A DNA stretch of 64,000 nt from an uncultured virus (IMG/VR IMGVR_UViG_3300005934_000003). Lineage: Duplodnaviria > Heunggongvirae > Uroviricota > Caudoviricetes. A program made the translations under genes and the position numbers. The notes below the pieces were generated by a model that saw only the letters and a list, made by a program, of their open reading frames with translations, did not search any database and was not told where the DNA came from. The stretch is taken from the IMG/VR virus record IMGVR_UViG_3300005934_000003; one strand, 5' to 3'. Shown here in pieces: positions 9,189 to 18,045 of the stretch (position 1 is its first letter; each line of letters starts with the position of its first letter).

Positions 9189-10184
9189 TTAGGATTGTCT
9201 TGAACGGATCATTGCTAAAATGTCTTGAGCACGTTCGCTTGATGGTTTATCTTCTGAACTAGCAACTGGTTCACTTACTGCTGGTGCAGGTTCTTGTACA
9301 GTTTCCTGTACAGGAGCACTAGTTTGTACAGTTTCCTGTACAGGTGCAGTAGTAGTTGCTGGTTTAGATGCATTTGGATCACCTGTAGATGCACTCATAC
9401 CTGGTGCTCTAAAGTATTGACCCCAACGATCTGGATCGTATGCTTCACCATCAACAGATGCTTCAAACATCTCTTGCATAATTTTAACTTCTACGTCAGT
9501 AGGTTTCTTAGGTAAAAAGTCTGACAAGTTAAACAAACCGTTTGTGTCTACTGCTGACTTTTCAGTATCACTTAATGCACGTTCTCTACGTGACCATTGT
9601 GAAGTTGAATAATCTGCGTAACCACCTTTAGATGTTTTCTTAATTCTAAAGTCTACACCTCTTACATAATCTGTAGGAAGTTCTTCCATCTCAGGATCCA
9701 TTAATGCACCCTTAATGATTTGGAAAATTTGTGGACCAATAATAAAACGTCTAATTGGATTTGCTGGTTGTTCATCTTCTTTTAATGGATCTTCATTTAC
9801 AAATCCTTGGAAGATATAAGACTTCTTCTTCCAATACTTACGACCTTGGTCTTCCAATGATTTATCTTTAAACCACTGTCTAACTTCTGTAAGAATTGGA
9901 CAAGTCTCACCGTACATTTCCATACACGGAACGTTAACTGTCACAGGACGTGAATCAGTTTGTCCTTTGATACCCGCGAAAGGTAGTTTGATCATCAAAC
10001 GTTCTTTCCAAAAGAATACGTTATCAGCGTCCGCATCTGGTAAAAATCTTACCACTGCTTCTGCGCCTTCTGACATATTCCAATGTGGGTAAATTGCTCG
10101 ATCACCACCTGAAGATTGAGTGTTTCCACCCTGGCGTGATTCTTGTTCTTTTAGTTTTGCACGAATTTCTGCTAATGTTGCCAT
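9189..10184 (-). CDS. 32: Single-stranded DNA-binding protein (T4 gp32-like)
   Basis: VVRFLPD, PCMEMYGETCPI, KYWKKKSY, GVDFRIKKT, ADYSTSQW, low-complexity C-terminal tail; adjacent to uvsX. Confidence 0.85.
   Translation of the reverse strand: MATLAEIRAKLKEQESRQGGNTQSSGGDRAIYPHWNMSEGAEAVVRFLPDADADNVFFWKERLMIKLPFAGIKGQTDSRPVTVNVPCMEMYGETCPILTEVRQWFKDKSLEDQGRKYWKKKSYIFQGFVNEDPLKEDEQPANPIRRFIIGPQIFQIIKGALMDPEMEELPTDYVRGVDFRIKKTSKGGYADYSTSQWSRRERALSDTEKSAVDTNGLFNLSDFLPKKPTDVEVKIMQEMFEASVDGEAYDPDRWGQYFRAPGMSASTGDPNASKPATTTAPVQETVQTSAPVQETVQEPAPAVSEPVASSEDKPSSERAQDILAMIRSRQS
9294..9344. repeat. Two 21-nt direct repeats with a 30-nt period in the gp32 tail (APVQETVQ x2)
   Basis: ttgtacagtttcctgtacagg at 9294-9314 and 9324-9344. 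Confidence 0.9.
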
Positions 10185-10252
10185 AATAAGCCTCCTTTGT
10201 TTGCCTTTAAAATGTGCCTGTTGTCGATATGTTTTTCTAACAACATATCTAT

Positions 10253-10281
10253 ATTATAGTTACCTTCTGTTATAAAGTCAA
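10253..10281 (-). promoter_or_regulatory. Sigma70-type promoter for gp32-uvsX-uvsY
   Basis: Minus strand TTGACT (10281-10276), 17-nt spacer, TATAAT (10258-10253). Confidence 0.85.
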
Positions 10282-10296
10282 CTATAAATTCTGAAA

Positions 10297-12531
10297 TTAC
10301 TTAATTAATTTTGCCAATTTGTCTTTGAGCCAGTTGTTGTCTACAGTTTCCCAATCTTGAGACTCGTTTTTCTTTTCCTTGTCCTTGATTGCTTTCTTCA
10401 TAGGCTCTTTTTTATTGCCATCTTTATCCATATCTAGAAAATCTGGCTTTGCTTTTTTGGCTTCGTTTGTGTTTTCCATACTTGTTCTCTCTATATAACT
10501 TTGTACTTTGCCCAATCCATCTTGTTTGATGTCGTCTATGTATTTTTGAATAATGCTGTTAGCGTAACCTTCATCAGCATCACCTGGTTTAGAGTACATC
10601 AACCCTTGTAAGCGTTTGATTGCTTCTGCTTCATCTGATGAGTCTGTAATTTCTGCTTCTGCATCAGTAACAGCCATATCCCACGCATTACCACCTTCGT
10701 TTACTTCGTCTTCCACTTGTACCCTTTTACCTGTCAGTTTGGATACAAATTTCTCAACTAGATCCCCTACGGAATCGCCAAAACGTTTACGAGCGGAAAT
10801 CACCACGCCAGTTTCACCTTTTGGAAACGCTCCAGTTTCTTTGTCATAGAATGAGCGAACAAACTCAATGATATCTTCAGTTGATGCTTTTTCGTCTTTT
10901 GGCTCTTTATCATCGCCTGCTAGTTTCATAGCACCGTCTTTATCAATAGTTACATCGGTAGTATCATCTTCGGACTCACCGTTAAATGCGTCAATGTCAC
11001 CTGAATCATACTTTGTTGGCTTTTTCATATCGCCGAAGTTTACATCATTAAGTAATTCTGGATCATTCTTTTCTAGATAATCGTGTACCAAAGGTCTTGC
11101 ACAAGAATCAGGATCCTTATCTGCAAGTGCTTTTAGTTCATTGTTTAGTTGTTCGTCGTCTATAATACCTTTTAGACTTTCGATTGCGTTAGTGGCATCT
11201 GCTCCTACTGGAAAATGTTTTGCCATTAATTTGTTTAATACTGCAATTTTTTGTTTGTCGACAGTTTCACCTACAACATCATCTGCCCAAGATTCAAATT
11301 CGTCTTTGCTTTCTTTAGTACCGTAGTCGTCGTCAATTTGATCTATCATACGATCATAAATTTCTTCAAAGTCATCGTCTGGATGATAACCGTGATCGGT
11401 TGAAACATCATTGTACATATCGCTCACTGCTTTGTAAATAGCATCGCCGTATTTTCCTGAGTTTGCGGCATATAGCATATCAAACCCATCATCACTGTTT
11501 GCGACTTTACGGAAGAAAGAATCAACTTCGTCACCGTGGTCTTCTGAAACAAATTCATCTAAATTAATTTCATTTTCTTTTAATTTCTTTTGATAGATTG
11601 TGTGTAAAAGAGGAAACATATCAGTTAAGTCTTCATTAAACTGAGGAATAGTAAATGCATCTTTTAATTCTTTTGCATTGTCTTCTGTAAACTCGCCAAC
11701 ACTTTCAGGAGTTATATAATTTTCAAATGTTTCTTTGTAATAATTTTGACCCTGTAATTTTTTAATGTGTGTTCTTAAATTTTCTAATTCTAATGTTGCA
11801 CCTTCAATAATATCATTTGAAGTTGAGTTCATAAAGTCTTTGTGTTGTACGTATCTTTTAAATGCTGTAAGTTTAGCAATATCTTCTGAACATTTAACAA
11901 TGTGCTTACCAAACTCATCGTGTGGTAAACCGCCGTTAGCAACGTGACGTGCCATTGCTCTACCACCTGCTAAATGATTAAATGGATATTTGAATCTTTC
12001 ACCTGATTCGTTCTCAACAAATAAACTTTCAATATGTCTAGTACGAGCACCGATTGCCTCTTGATTAACTTCTTTTTTATGTCTAATAATTAATCTTGTT
12101 TTATCTAAATTTTCGTAACTTGACTTTGACGTACCATACATAGCAGACTCCTGAACCTTATTTTGACCTAGATATTGATAGTCTCTTTTATCTAAGTTTG
12201 CTTTAGCAATATCTCTAGCATCAAAACTCATTAAATGTTTCTTTGCAAAAAATCTCATTTCTTTTAAAAAGTTATACCAATCATTTTCAACGCTTTCAGG
12301 TGCATCCTCGAGCATATTTTGTGAGTAGTATAGTTTTAATTCGTTAGGATCTTTGATCGAAACAGATACAGCACCTTGGTTTTCGTTTTGTGCTATATAA
12401 TCAAAGTCAAAAAATCTAGCCTGTGCTTCATCAGAAGTAGGAGCGCCTGTTTCGTCGCCCATTACAACCTTCGGAAAGCGTCCTCTGATCTTCTCAAATA
12501 ACGCTGATGCTATTGATTCTAATCCCTTCAT
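10297..12531 (-). CDS. Large acidic protein, probable prohead core/internal virion protein
   Basis: 744 aa, Glu/Asp-rich, C-terminal KPDFLDMDKDGNKKEPMKKA; next to terminase; own late promoter at 12537-12544. Confidence 0.5.
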   Translation of the reverse strand: MKGLESIASALFEKIRGRFPKVVMGDETGAPTSDEAQARFFDFDYIAQNENQGAVSVSIKDPNELKLYYSQNMLEDAPESVENDWYNFLKEMRFFAKKHLMSFDARDIAKANLDKRDYQYLGQNKVQESAMYGTSKSSYENLDKTRLIIRHKKEVNQEAIGARTRHIESLFVENESGERFKYPFNHLAGGRAMARHVANGGLPHDEFGKHIVKCSEDIAKLTAFKRYVQHKDFMNSTSNDIIEGATLELENLRTHIKKLQGQNYYKETFENYITPESVGEFTEDNAKELKDAFTIPQFNEDLTDMFPLLHTIYQKKLKENEINLDEFVSEDHGDEVDSFFRKVANSDDGFDMLYAANSGKYGDAIYKAVSDMYNDVSTDHGYHPDDDFEEIYDRMIDQIDDDYGTKESKDEFESWADDVVGETVDKQKIAVLNKLMAKHFPVGADATNAIESLKGIIDDEQLNNELKALADKDPDSCARPLVHDYLEKNDPELLNDVNFGDMKKPTKYDSGDIDAFNGESEDDTTDVTIDKDGAMKLAGDDKEPKDEKASTEDIIEFVRSFYDKETGAFPKGETGVVISARKRFGDSVGDLVEKFVSKLTGKRVQVEDEVNEGGNAWDMAVTDAEAEITDSSDEAEAIKRLQGLMYSKPGDADEGYANSIIQKYIDDIKQDGLGKVQSYIERTSMENTNEAKKAKPDFLDMDKDGNKKEPMKKAIKDKEKKNESQDWETVDNNWLKDKLAKLIK

Positions 12532-12547
12532 ATTGTTATTTATGCTA

Positions 12548-14137
12548 CTAGAATGAAACGAACACCGGCATAGGCAGTGTGGTTTCTTCTAAATTATCTC
12601 TCATTTTTTCGTAAATTGCTGGATCCCAATCCGCTAATATCTTCTGCATACGTACATTTAGCAGTGTTGCTGATACTAAATCGTCGTGTTCTCCAGTCTT
12701 AGCACCATATGTTGTACCGTGTGCAACATAGGCTTTTAGTTCGGATATTAAAGGCTTACTTTTAATCTTTAATTGTCCTGATTCTAATAGATGTTTAAAT
12801 TTAGCACACGCACCCATTTTGGTTTTATGTGTTGTGTTAAATCCTTTGCGAAACTTTCTAACGTGACCTTTTCTAATAGGCTCACTTAAAAACATACCAT
12901 AAATGTTTTCTTCACCAAAATCGTTTACACTAATAAGCGCCGCTTCACCAATTGCATTGTTCTCAACACTGTAATATAACTGTGGGTTATCCTGCCCTTT
13001 GCTGTTGCACTGATCTAATACATTTTTGTTAATTGCGGCTAATATTTTTACCTGTCCTTGAATGGGTGTTAAATTATGTTGCCACTCTGCTACTTGTTCA
13101 AATGTAGGTAATTCAAATACTTCAATTGCGGCATAGTCACCACCTGTACCCAAACTTGGATCCCAACTAACAACGTATGTCATTTTAGAATCACATTCTT
13201 TGTACCAACGTGTTTGTCCAAGTTTTGTTGCAGGATCTTCTCCTTCGAGTTCTGCAAGACGCACACTGTTAATTAATGTTTCATCAAAGATCAAGAATTC
13301 ACATTCGTGTTCTCGACGGAAACGTTCTTCACCAATTCTGCTACGTTCTTCTTTTGCCCAGTCTTCATCACGTTCAGGATGTTCGCTCCAGTGAGCCGTA
13401 AAAGCAAAGAATCCGTTAATACCTACTTCTGTATCATTACCGTGTTCATCGAATCTTTTACAAGCCTCTGTCCAGATAAGTGCAAATTGATCTTCGTCAC
13501 TGTTTGGTGTTGAAGTAATAATTGCCTTACCACCTGTTGCTAGTGTTGGAGAAATCGCAGTCCAGAATTCTTTGGCGATGGTAGGATTAACGAACGCAAA
13601 CTCATCACAGTATAGTAAAGATATTGACATACCTCGTCCTGTGTTATCTGTTGTTGTTTGTGCTACAATACGCGAGCCGTTATCAAATTCCATTGACCCT
13701 TTGTTATATGAAGTTACACCACATCTTATATGGTCCGGACAGTCTTCGTAAGCATAACGAATACGGTGCATAATTTCTTGAGCACCTGCGTATTTGTGTG
13801 CCGCGATAAGCACAGTTACATCTGGATTAAACATAGCATACCACAACAAATAACCTGCCGCCGTTGTAGACTTACCTGTCTGTCTCGGTAGCATATTAAT
13901 ATTAAATCTGTGATTGTGATAAGACTCAACTAATCTTTCTTGGAATTCAAATGGTGAAAATAATAACTTACCTTTAACAGGATGTTGTATAAAGAAAAAC
14001 TTTTTTAAAAAATATGAGGCACCTGTATCAGGATCAGCACATAACTGCAATTCCTTAATCTGTTGTTCTGTATACTTGACCTTGGCGTGTGCCTTCTTGA
14101 TGAGAACACCGTCAAGACTTTTACTATTTTGTACCAT
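12548..14137 (-). CDS. 17: Terminase large subunit (T4 gp17-like)
   Basis: Walker A PRQTGKST, Walker B LLYCDEFAF, STPN, nuclease motifs WDPSLGTGGDY and HDDLV. Confidence 0.95.
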   Translation of the reverse strand: MVQNSKSLDGVLIKKAHAKVKYTEQQIKELQLCADPDTGASYFLKKFFFIQHPVKGKLLFSPFEFQERLVESYHNHRFNINMLPRQTGKSTTAAGYLLWYAMFNPDVTVLIAAHKYAGAQEIMHRIRYAYEDCPDHIRCGVTSYNKGSMEFDNGSRIVAQTTTDNTGRGMSISLLYCDEFAFVNPTIAKEFWTAISPTLATGGKAIITSTPNSDEDQFALIWTEACKRFDEHGNDTEVGINGFFAFTAHWSEHPERDEDWAKEERSRIGEERFRREHECEFLIFDETLINSVRLAELEGEDPATKLGQTRWYKECDSKMTYVVSWDPSLGTGGDYAAIEVFELPTFEQVAEWQHNLTPIQGQVKILAAINKNVLDQCNSKGQDNPQLYYSVENNAIGEAALISVNDFGEENIYGMFLSEPIRKGHVRKFRKGFNTTHKTKMGACAKFKHLLESGQLKIKSKPLISELKAYVAHGTTYGAKTGEHDDLVSATLLNVRMQKILADWDPAIYEKMRDNLEETTLPMPVFVSF

Positions 14138-14142
14138 AATAG

Positions 14143-14150
14143 TATTTATA
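14143..14150 (-). promoter_or_regulatory. Perfect T4 late promoter TATAAATA, 5 nt upstream of the terminase ATG
   Basis: tatttata at 14143-14150; CAT at 14135-14137. Confidence 0.8.
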
Positions 14151-14170
14151 GTGTGTTAGTAGGGGTGTAA

Positions 14171-14503
14171 TTATTTTTTAATTGGAACGCAATTATCAAC
14201 CGTTTTGCCACCTTTTTTCTTGGTGCCCATACGCTTATAGCCTTTCCAACATACTTTACCGTCAACGCCTTTTTGTTTTTCTTCTGGTAATGTTTTGTAA
14301 GTTGGTTTACCACATTCTTTACAAATGTTTTCTTTAGCCATTTTGGTAGCGGTTGCGTACATAACTGCTTTTGCGTCATCGCCATAACGCTTTTTAAAGT
14401 CCTTAGAAGACTTCTTCATACCTTTAACGAATTTTTCTTTTTTCTTTTCTTCGCCTTTGGTAAGTTTACGTTCGTTTATAATGAATACTTCACTTATTTT
14501 CAT
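14171..14503 (-). CDS. Small Lys-rich protein, possible internal head protein
   Basis: Basic modules KKRYGDDAKAVMYATATKMA and CWKGYKRMGTKKKGGKTVDNCVP, plus a CxxC; located in the head region. Confidence 0.5.
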   Translation of the reverse strand: MKISEVFIINERKLTKGEEKKKEKFVKGMKKSSKDFKKRYGDDAKAVMYATATKMAKENICKECGKPTYKTLPEEKQKGVDGKVCWKGYKRMGTKKKGGKTVDNCVPIKK

Positions 14504-14969
14504 TTTTGAATTCTTCTAATTCTTTTTTAATTTGTTCTTCAATTGATTCCAAAGGATTGTCACCTTGACTTCTTACAAAGTTTTGTTTACGACCTCTTTG
14601 TCTAATTTGTGCGTATTCTTCCGAATCATAATTTTTATATTTTTCATCAGGTTCGTTGTCCCAACCTTCTTCTGTTTCTTCGTCTTCACCACAACCACAG
14701 TCACCACCTACTGATGGTTCTGCTTTCATAGTTGGTAAATTATCGCCTTGTGGCATATCTTGATCACCAACTTGCTTTAAACCTGCAAGTTTCATAATCT
14801 GTGCTAACACTGGAAGGTCTTCTGGACTATCTGAAGCAATAGTAATTGTTTCGTCAATTTTTTGTTTAACGCCATTCATCTTTTCAGTATTTTCTAAAGC
14901 GTCAGTGTGAACGTTAGGATTTTTTTCATCTAGTTCACGTAATTTTTTTAATACATCAATCATTTGCAT
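14490..14969 (-). CDS. Acidic hypothetical protein (head/core region)
   Basis: Full ORF with GGAG Shine-Dalgarno; IMKLAGL, WDNEPDEKY. Confidence 0.55.
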   Translation of the reverse strand: MQMIDVLKKLRELDEKNPNVHTDALENTEKMNGVKQKIDETITIASDSPEDLPVLAQIMKLAGLKQVGDQDMPQGDNLPTMKAEPSVGGDCGCGEDEETEEGWDNEPDEKYKNYDSEEYAQIRQRGRKQNFVRSQGDNPLESIEEQIKKELEEFKNENK

Positions 14970-14973
14970 AATA

Positions 14974-15474
14974 TTACTCCTCGTATCCTTCGCTACCTTC
15001 TAAAATATTTTGTGCAGGAAGTGTAACTGCTGAAGTAGTAGCATCGCTTCCAGGACTAACTGCATCTGCTGTCGCTGTTCTAATTTTTGCTAACTTTTCG
15101 GCATCTTCGTAACTTGGAGTATTCCAGGCACCGTCGGTATATCTAATTGTTGATTCATCATAAACATTGTTAGGTGTGTTTCCTGTTTCTGAATCTTCAT
15201 CATCATTCCATAACAGGTGTGCAATAAGTGTATCAGCACTTGCATCAATTAATACAACTGTGCCACCAACACCAGCAATTTTTGTTAGTTGTGCTCTTTG
15301 TTCAACTTCGTCTGCTTCAACCCAAGCCTGAGGCTCACTAGGTCTACCTGCGTTGTCAACAATAGTCCAAACTTTTGCTGGACCTGTGTATGTTGCACTT
15401 GCCGAAGAACCATCTTCTAGAGTGTAATTAAAACTAATATTAGAAGCAGAAACGCCTTGTGGTAAATCGCTCAT
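14974..15474 (-). CDS. Hypothetical protein, shorter paralog of 41979..42836
   Basis: Shares TYTGPAK and L(I/V)DAxAxxLxAxLLW with 41979..42836. Confidence 0.6.
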   Translation of the reverse strand: MSDLPQGVSASNISFNYTLEDGSSASATYTGPAKVWTIVDNAGRPSEPQAWVEADEVEQRAQLTKIAGVGGTVVLIDASADTLIAHLLWNDDEDSETGNTPNNVYDESTIRYTDGAWNTPSYEDAEKLAKIRTATADAVSPGSDATTSAVTLPAQNILEGSEGYEE

Positions 15475-15977
15475 TATTCGTCTTCTCCTGAATTACGTTC
15501 TTTGGCTTCTTTTGCCAATTGTGCTAAAAAAGATTCTTTACCTTTTTCTGTTGTTACTAATGCATCTTTATCTACTTTAGGTGCATCTTTGTATTCACCA
15601 TCCATAAGTTTGTCTTCGTATGGTTTATTTTCTTTTTCTGCTTGGTATTCTTCATATGGGTCACCTGGTTGACGTACAACAATATCACTTGGTGTCATAC
15701 CCAACAACTGTGAAAGATATTGACCTAACTCAAATTTTGTTACAGGATAGTTAAGTGTAGTTTCATAAACAGTAACTTCGCAGTTTTGTCTATGTGGAAA
15801 ATCTAATGGTACGTTCTGAATAGGTGTTTTCTTACCCGCAGTAACGTTTGAAACTTCATATTTTTGTAATCCTGACTCTAGTTTGTCAGCAAAACCTTCG
15901 TCTAATTCACCAGCAACTTTAATAATAAAGTCATACTGTTTAGACGCTTCTTTTAAGTATTTTGTAAATGTACTCAT
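15474..15977 (-). CDS. Hypothetical late protein
   Basis: Full ORF with a late promoter at 16003-16008 and an AAGGA Shine-Dalgarno. Confidence 0.6.
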   Translation of the reverse strand: MSTFTKYLKEASKQYDFIIKVAGELDEGFADKLESGLQKYEVSNVTAGKKTPIQNVPLDFPHRQNCEVTVYETTLNYPVTKFELGQYLSQLLGMTPSDIVVRQPGDPYEEYQAEKENKPYEDKLMDGEYKDAPKVDKDALVTTEKGKESFLAQLAKEAKERNSGEDE

Positions 15978-16001
15978 CGTTATACTATCCTTTAACTACT
16001 G

Positions 16002-16499
16002 TTATTTATCTTCTTTCTTGTTTAAAATCTGGCTTATTAGAGTGTTGCGATCTATTACAATACCCTCTGCATCCACCGTATCAGCAGTATCGCCAGCCTT
16101 TGCGTCTGCTTGTTGCTTCTTAATTTGAAGTTCAATCATTTTTAACTTCTTATCTAGTTTAGCAGATTTGGCATCTATGGCGTTTCTAAGCATATTAGAC
16201 GCTACTTCAAATACCCTGCCACTATAACGGCTTTCAACGTTCATACCCAAATCCATTAGATCTTCGTATGACTGTTTGGCTCTATCCGCTAGATCATCTA
16301 GTTCTTTATCTGCTAGTTCACCTAATCCTTTTACCATAGGAAGTGCGGCGGTAATTTTATCAAATTCTGCTATGCTTCTTTCCGCACTAAACCCATTTTG
16401 GACAGCAGTTTGTTTTGCTTCGTTTTTGGGTTCTTCCACTTTGTCCATAGTTTCCTGGACTTCTGGTAGATCTAACAGTTCTTCTAATTTCTTTGTCAT
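16002..16499 (-). CDS. Putative terminase small subunit (gp16-like)
   Basis: 165-aa helical protein; SGRVFEVASNMLRNAIDAK followed by a coiled coil resembles the central gp16 helices; lies upstream of the large terminase. Confidence 0.45.
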   Translation of the reverse strand: MTKKLEELLDLPEVQETMDKVEEPKNEAKQTAVQNGFSAERSIAEFDKITAALPMVKGLGELADKELDDLADRAKQSYEDLMDLGMNVESRYSGRVFEVASNMLRNAIDAKSAKLDKKLKMIELQIKKQQADAKAGDTADTVDAEGIVIDRNTLISQILNKKEDK

Positions 16500-16507
16500 A
16501 ATATTAC

Positions 16508-16942
16508 TTACCTCTTTCGGCCTTGGTGGAATAAATCTTTTTCGGTTACAACACGGAAATATATTCCATTTTGTTTTGCGTATGCACTAGCGGCTTCCCA
16601 TTTTGCCTGATTTCTAATATACTGTGCTTGATTATATTGATTCTTACCAACGCTTTCTTTCATAGTTTGATTGTCTGGTTTAATTTCAATTAACTCTGCC
16701 TTAGTTTTCCCTTTTTTATTACTGTACACAATAAAAAAATCAGGAACATAAATTGTATATTTTCCTGTAAGTGGATCTCTATAAGGAATGCGTATCGCTT
16801 CGCTGGCCCATTTTGCAACAGCAGGATGTTCATCGCACAACTTCATAAAGTGCCATTCCCAACTTGACCTATACGTAGGTGTTTTAGTTCCTATGTATTT
16901 GTCTGGATTCTTTAATTCAAATTTACCTTGTGCAAACTTCAT
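16508..16942 (-). CDS. 4: Head completion nuclease (T4 gp4-like, TnsA-type PD-(D/E)xK)
   Basis: GKF..KNPDKYIG, YRSSWE, WASE, YVPDF, IEIKP, NQAKWEAA, FRVVTEKDL. Confidence 0.85.
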   Translation of the reverse strand: MKFAQGKFELKNPDKYIGTKTPTYRSSWEWHFMKLCDEHPAVAKWASEAIRIPYRDPLTGKYTIYVPDFFIVYSNKKGKTKAELIEIKPDNQTMKESVGKNQYNQAQYIRNQAKWEAASAYAKQNGIYFRVVTEKDLFHQGRKR

Positions 16943-17319
16943 TATGGTACAATATTCCTCTTGGCTGTGTTATTTTCGTCTGGTTGTTTAGCAGTGCCAA
17001 GAGAAGATGTCTTTAAACGATTTATGTTTAGAATTTCTCCTAACAAATCGCTTAATTGTACCTGATCAAAATCTTTAATTTCGTCTAACAGAGTTTGTAC
17101 TTTAACACCGTCTACTTTTGCCTGCTTCATAACAGTAAACGCAACGGTTCTGGCCGCTTCATCACCCATACCACGTTTTTTAAAAAATCCTAGTACAGCA
17201 TCACTTTCACTAGCGTTAAACTCTAGTGGCTCTGTACCGTATGCATCAAAAAACTTAATAGTTTTATCTGAATTGCTACGTGTAGTTTGCTGTTCACTTA
17301 TAGGTGTATTGTTAGCCAT
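16942..17319 (-). CDS. Hypothetical protein
   Basis: Full ORF translationally coupled to both neighbours. Confidence 0.6.
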   Translation of the reverse strand: MANNTPISEQQTTRSNSDKTIKFFDAYGTEPLEFNASESDAVLGFFKKRGMGDEAARTVAFTVMKQAKVDGVKVQTLLDEIKDFDQVQLSDLLGEILNINRLKTSSLGTAKQPDENNTAKRNIVP

Positions 17320-18037
17320 TTAAAATTTCCTTTACTTGTAATGTATTTAACATAATTGCAGGCTTCATAAAACTTCTTATTCTATGATTTTTAGGAATTT
17401 CGTACTGTTCTAACCAATCTGATGTTTCTTTGCTACCATAATGACCACGATTTTCCTCAGGATATTCTTTATATGGAAATCTTTTAGCACCACTGTTCAT
17501 ACTAAGGTATAAGTGTCCATCGTCTTCCATATATTTTAATATATCCTCAAAAAAGAAATGCCATTCTTTTTTATTCCACACTTGTGGTCTTGTACTAAAG
17601 AAACCTCTCATACAAGTAATTAAATTAAATTTTCCTGTAATATTTTCAATTGGACGAAAAGGATGCACTAAAGAATCAATTACTTCAATATTAAAAAAAT
17701 CATACACAGGATCGTATTCTTTTCTTCCTAATTCATCTGTACCTAAAACATTGTGTCCTAGTGTTTTACAAATATAAGGAAACCACCCAGCGCCTGTACC
17801 AATATCTAAAATTCTTTTATTTTTTGATTTGTCTAAATTAAAGTAATATGCTATTGCTAATTTTTCTCCTATCCACTTTCTTATAGGATTTGTCAAATAT
17901 CTATTTTGTGTTTGATCATACACTTTTAGTAATTCATCTTCATTTAATGTTGTATAAATTTTATCTATATCAACATTTATACGGGTGAACATATTCGACA
18001 GGTTACTTTGTTGAACCGGTATAAATTTATTAGACAT
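17312..18037 (-). CDS. Class I SAM-dependent methyltransferase
   Basis: RILDIGTGAGWF, FNLITC, DGHLYL; GGAGG Shine-Dalgarno. Confidence 0.75.
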   Translation of the reverse strand: MSNKFIPVQQSNLSNMFTRINVDIDKIYTTLNEDELLKVYDQTQNRYLTNPIRKWIGEKLAIAYYFNLDKSKNKRILDIGTGAGWFPYICKTLGHNVLGTDELGRKEYDPVYDFFNIEVIDSLVHPFRPIENITGKFNLITCMRGFFSTRPQVWNKKEWHFFFEDILKYMEDDGHLYLSMNSGAKRFPYKEYPEENRGHYGSKETSDWLEQYEIPKNHRIRSFMKPAIMLNTLQVKEILNG

Positions 18038-18045
18038 TAAGCCTC

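Noticed and set aside
9294..9344. Direct repeat as a possible CRISPR remnant
   Set aside because: Only two in-frame copies with a 9-nt gap, encoding a low-complexity linker; no cas genes
12548..14137. Intein or intron in terminase or UvsX
   Set aside because: Both have normal length and contiguous motifs, with no intein termini
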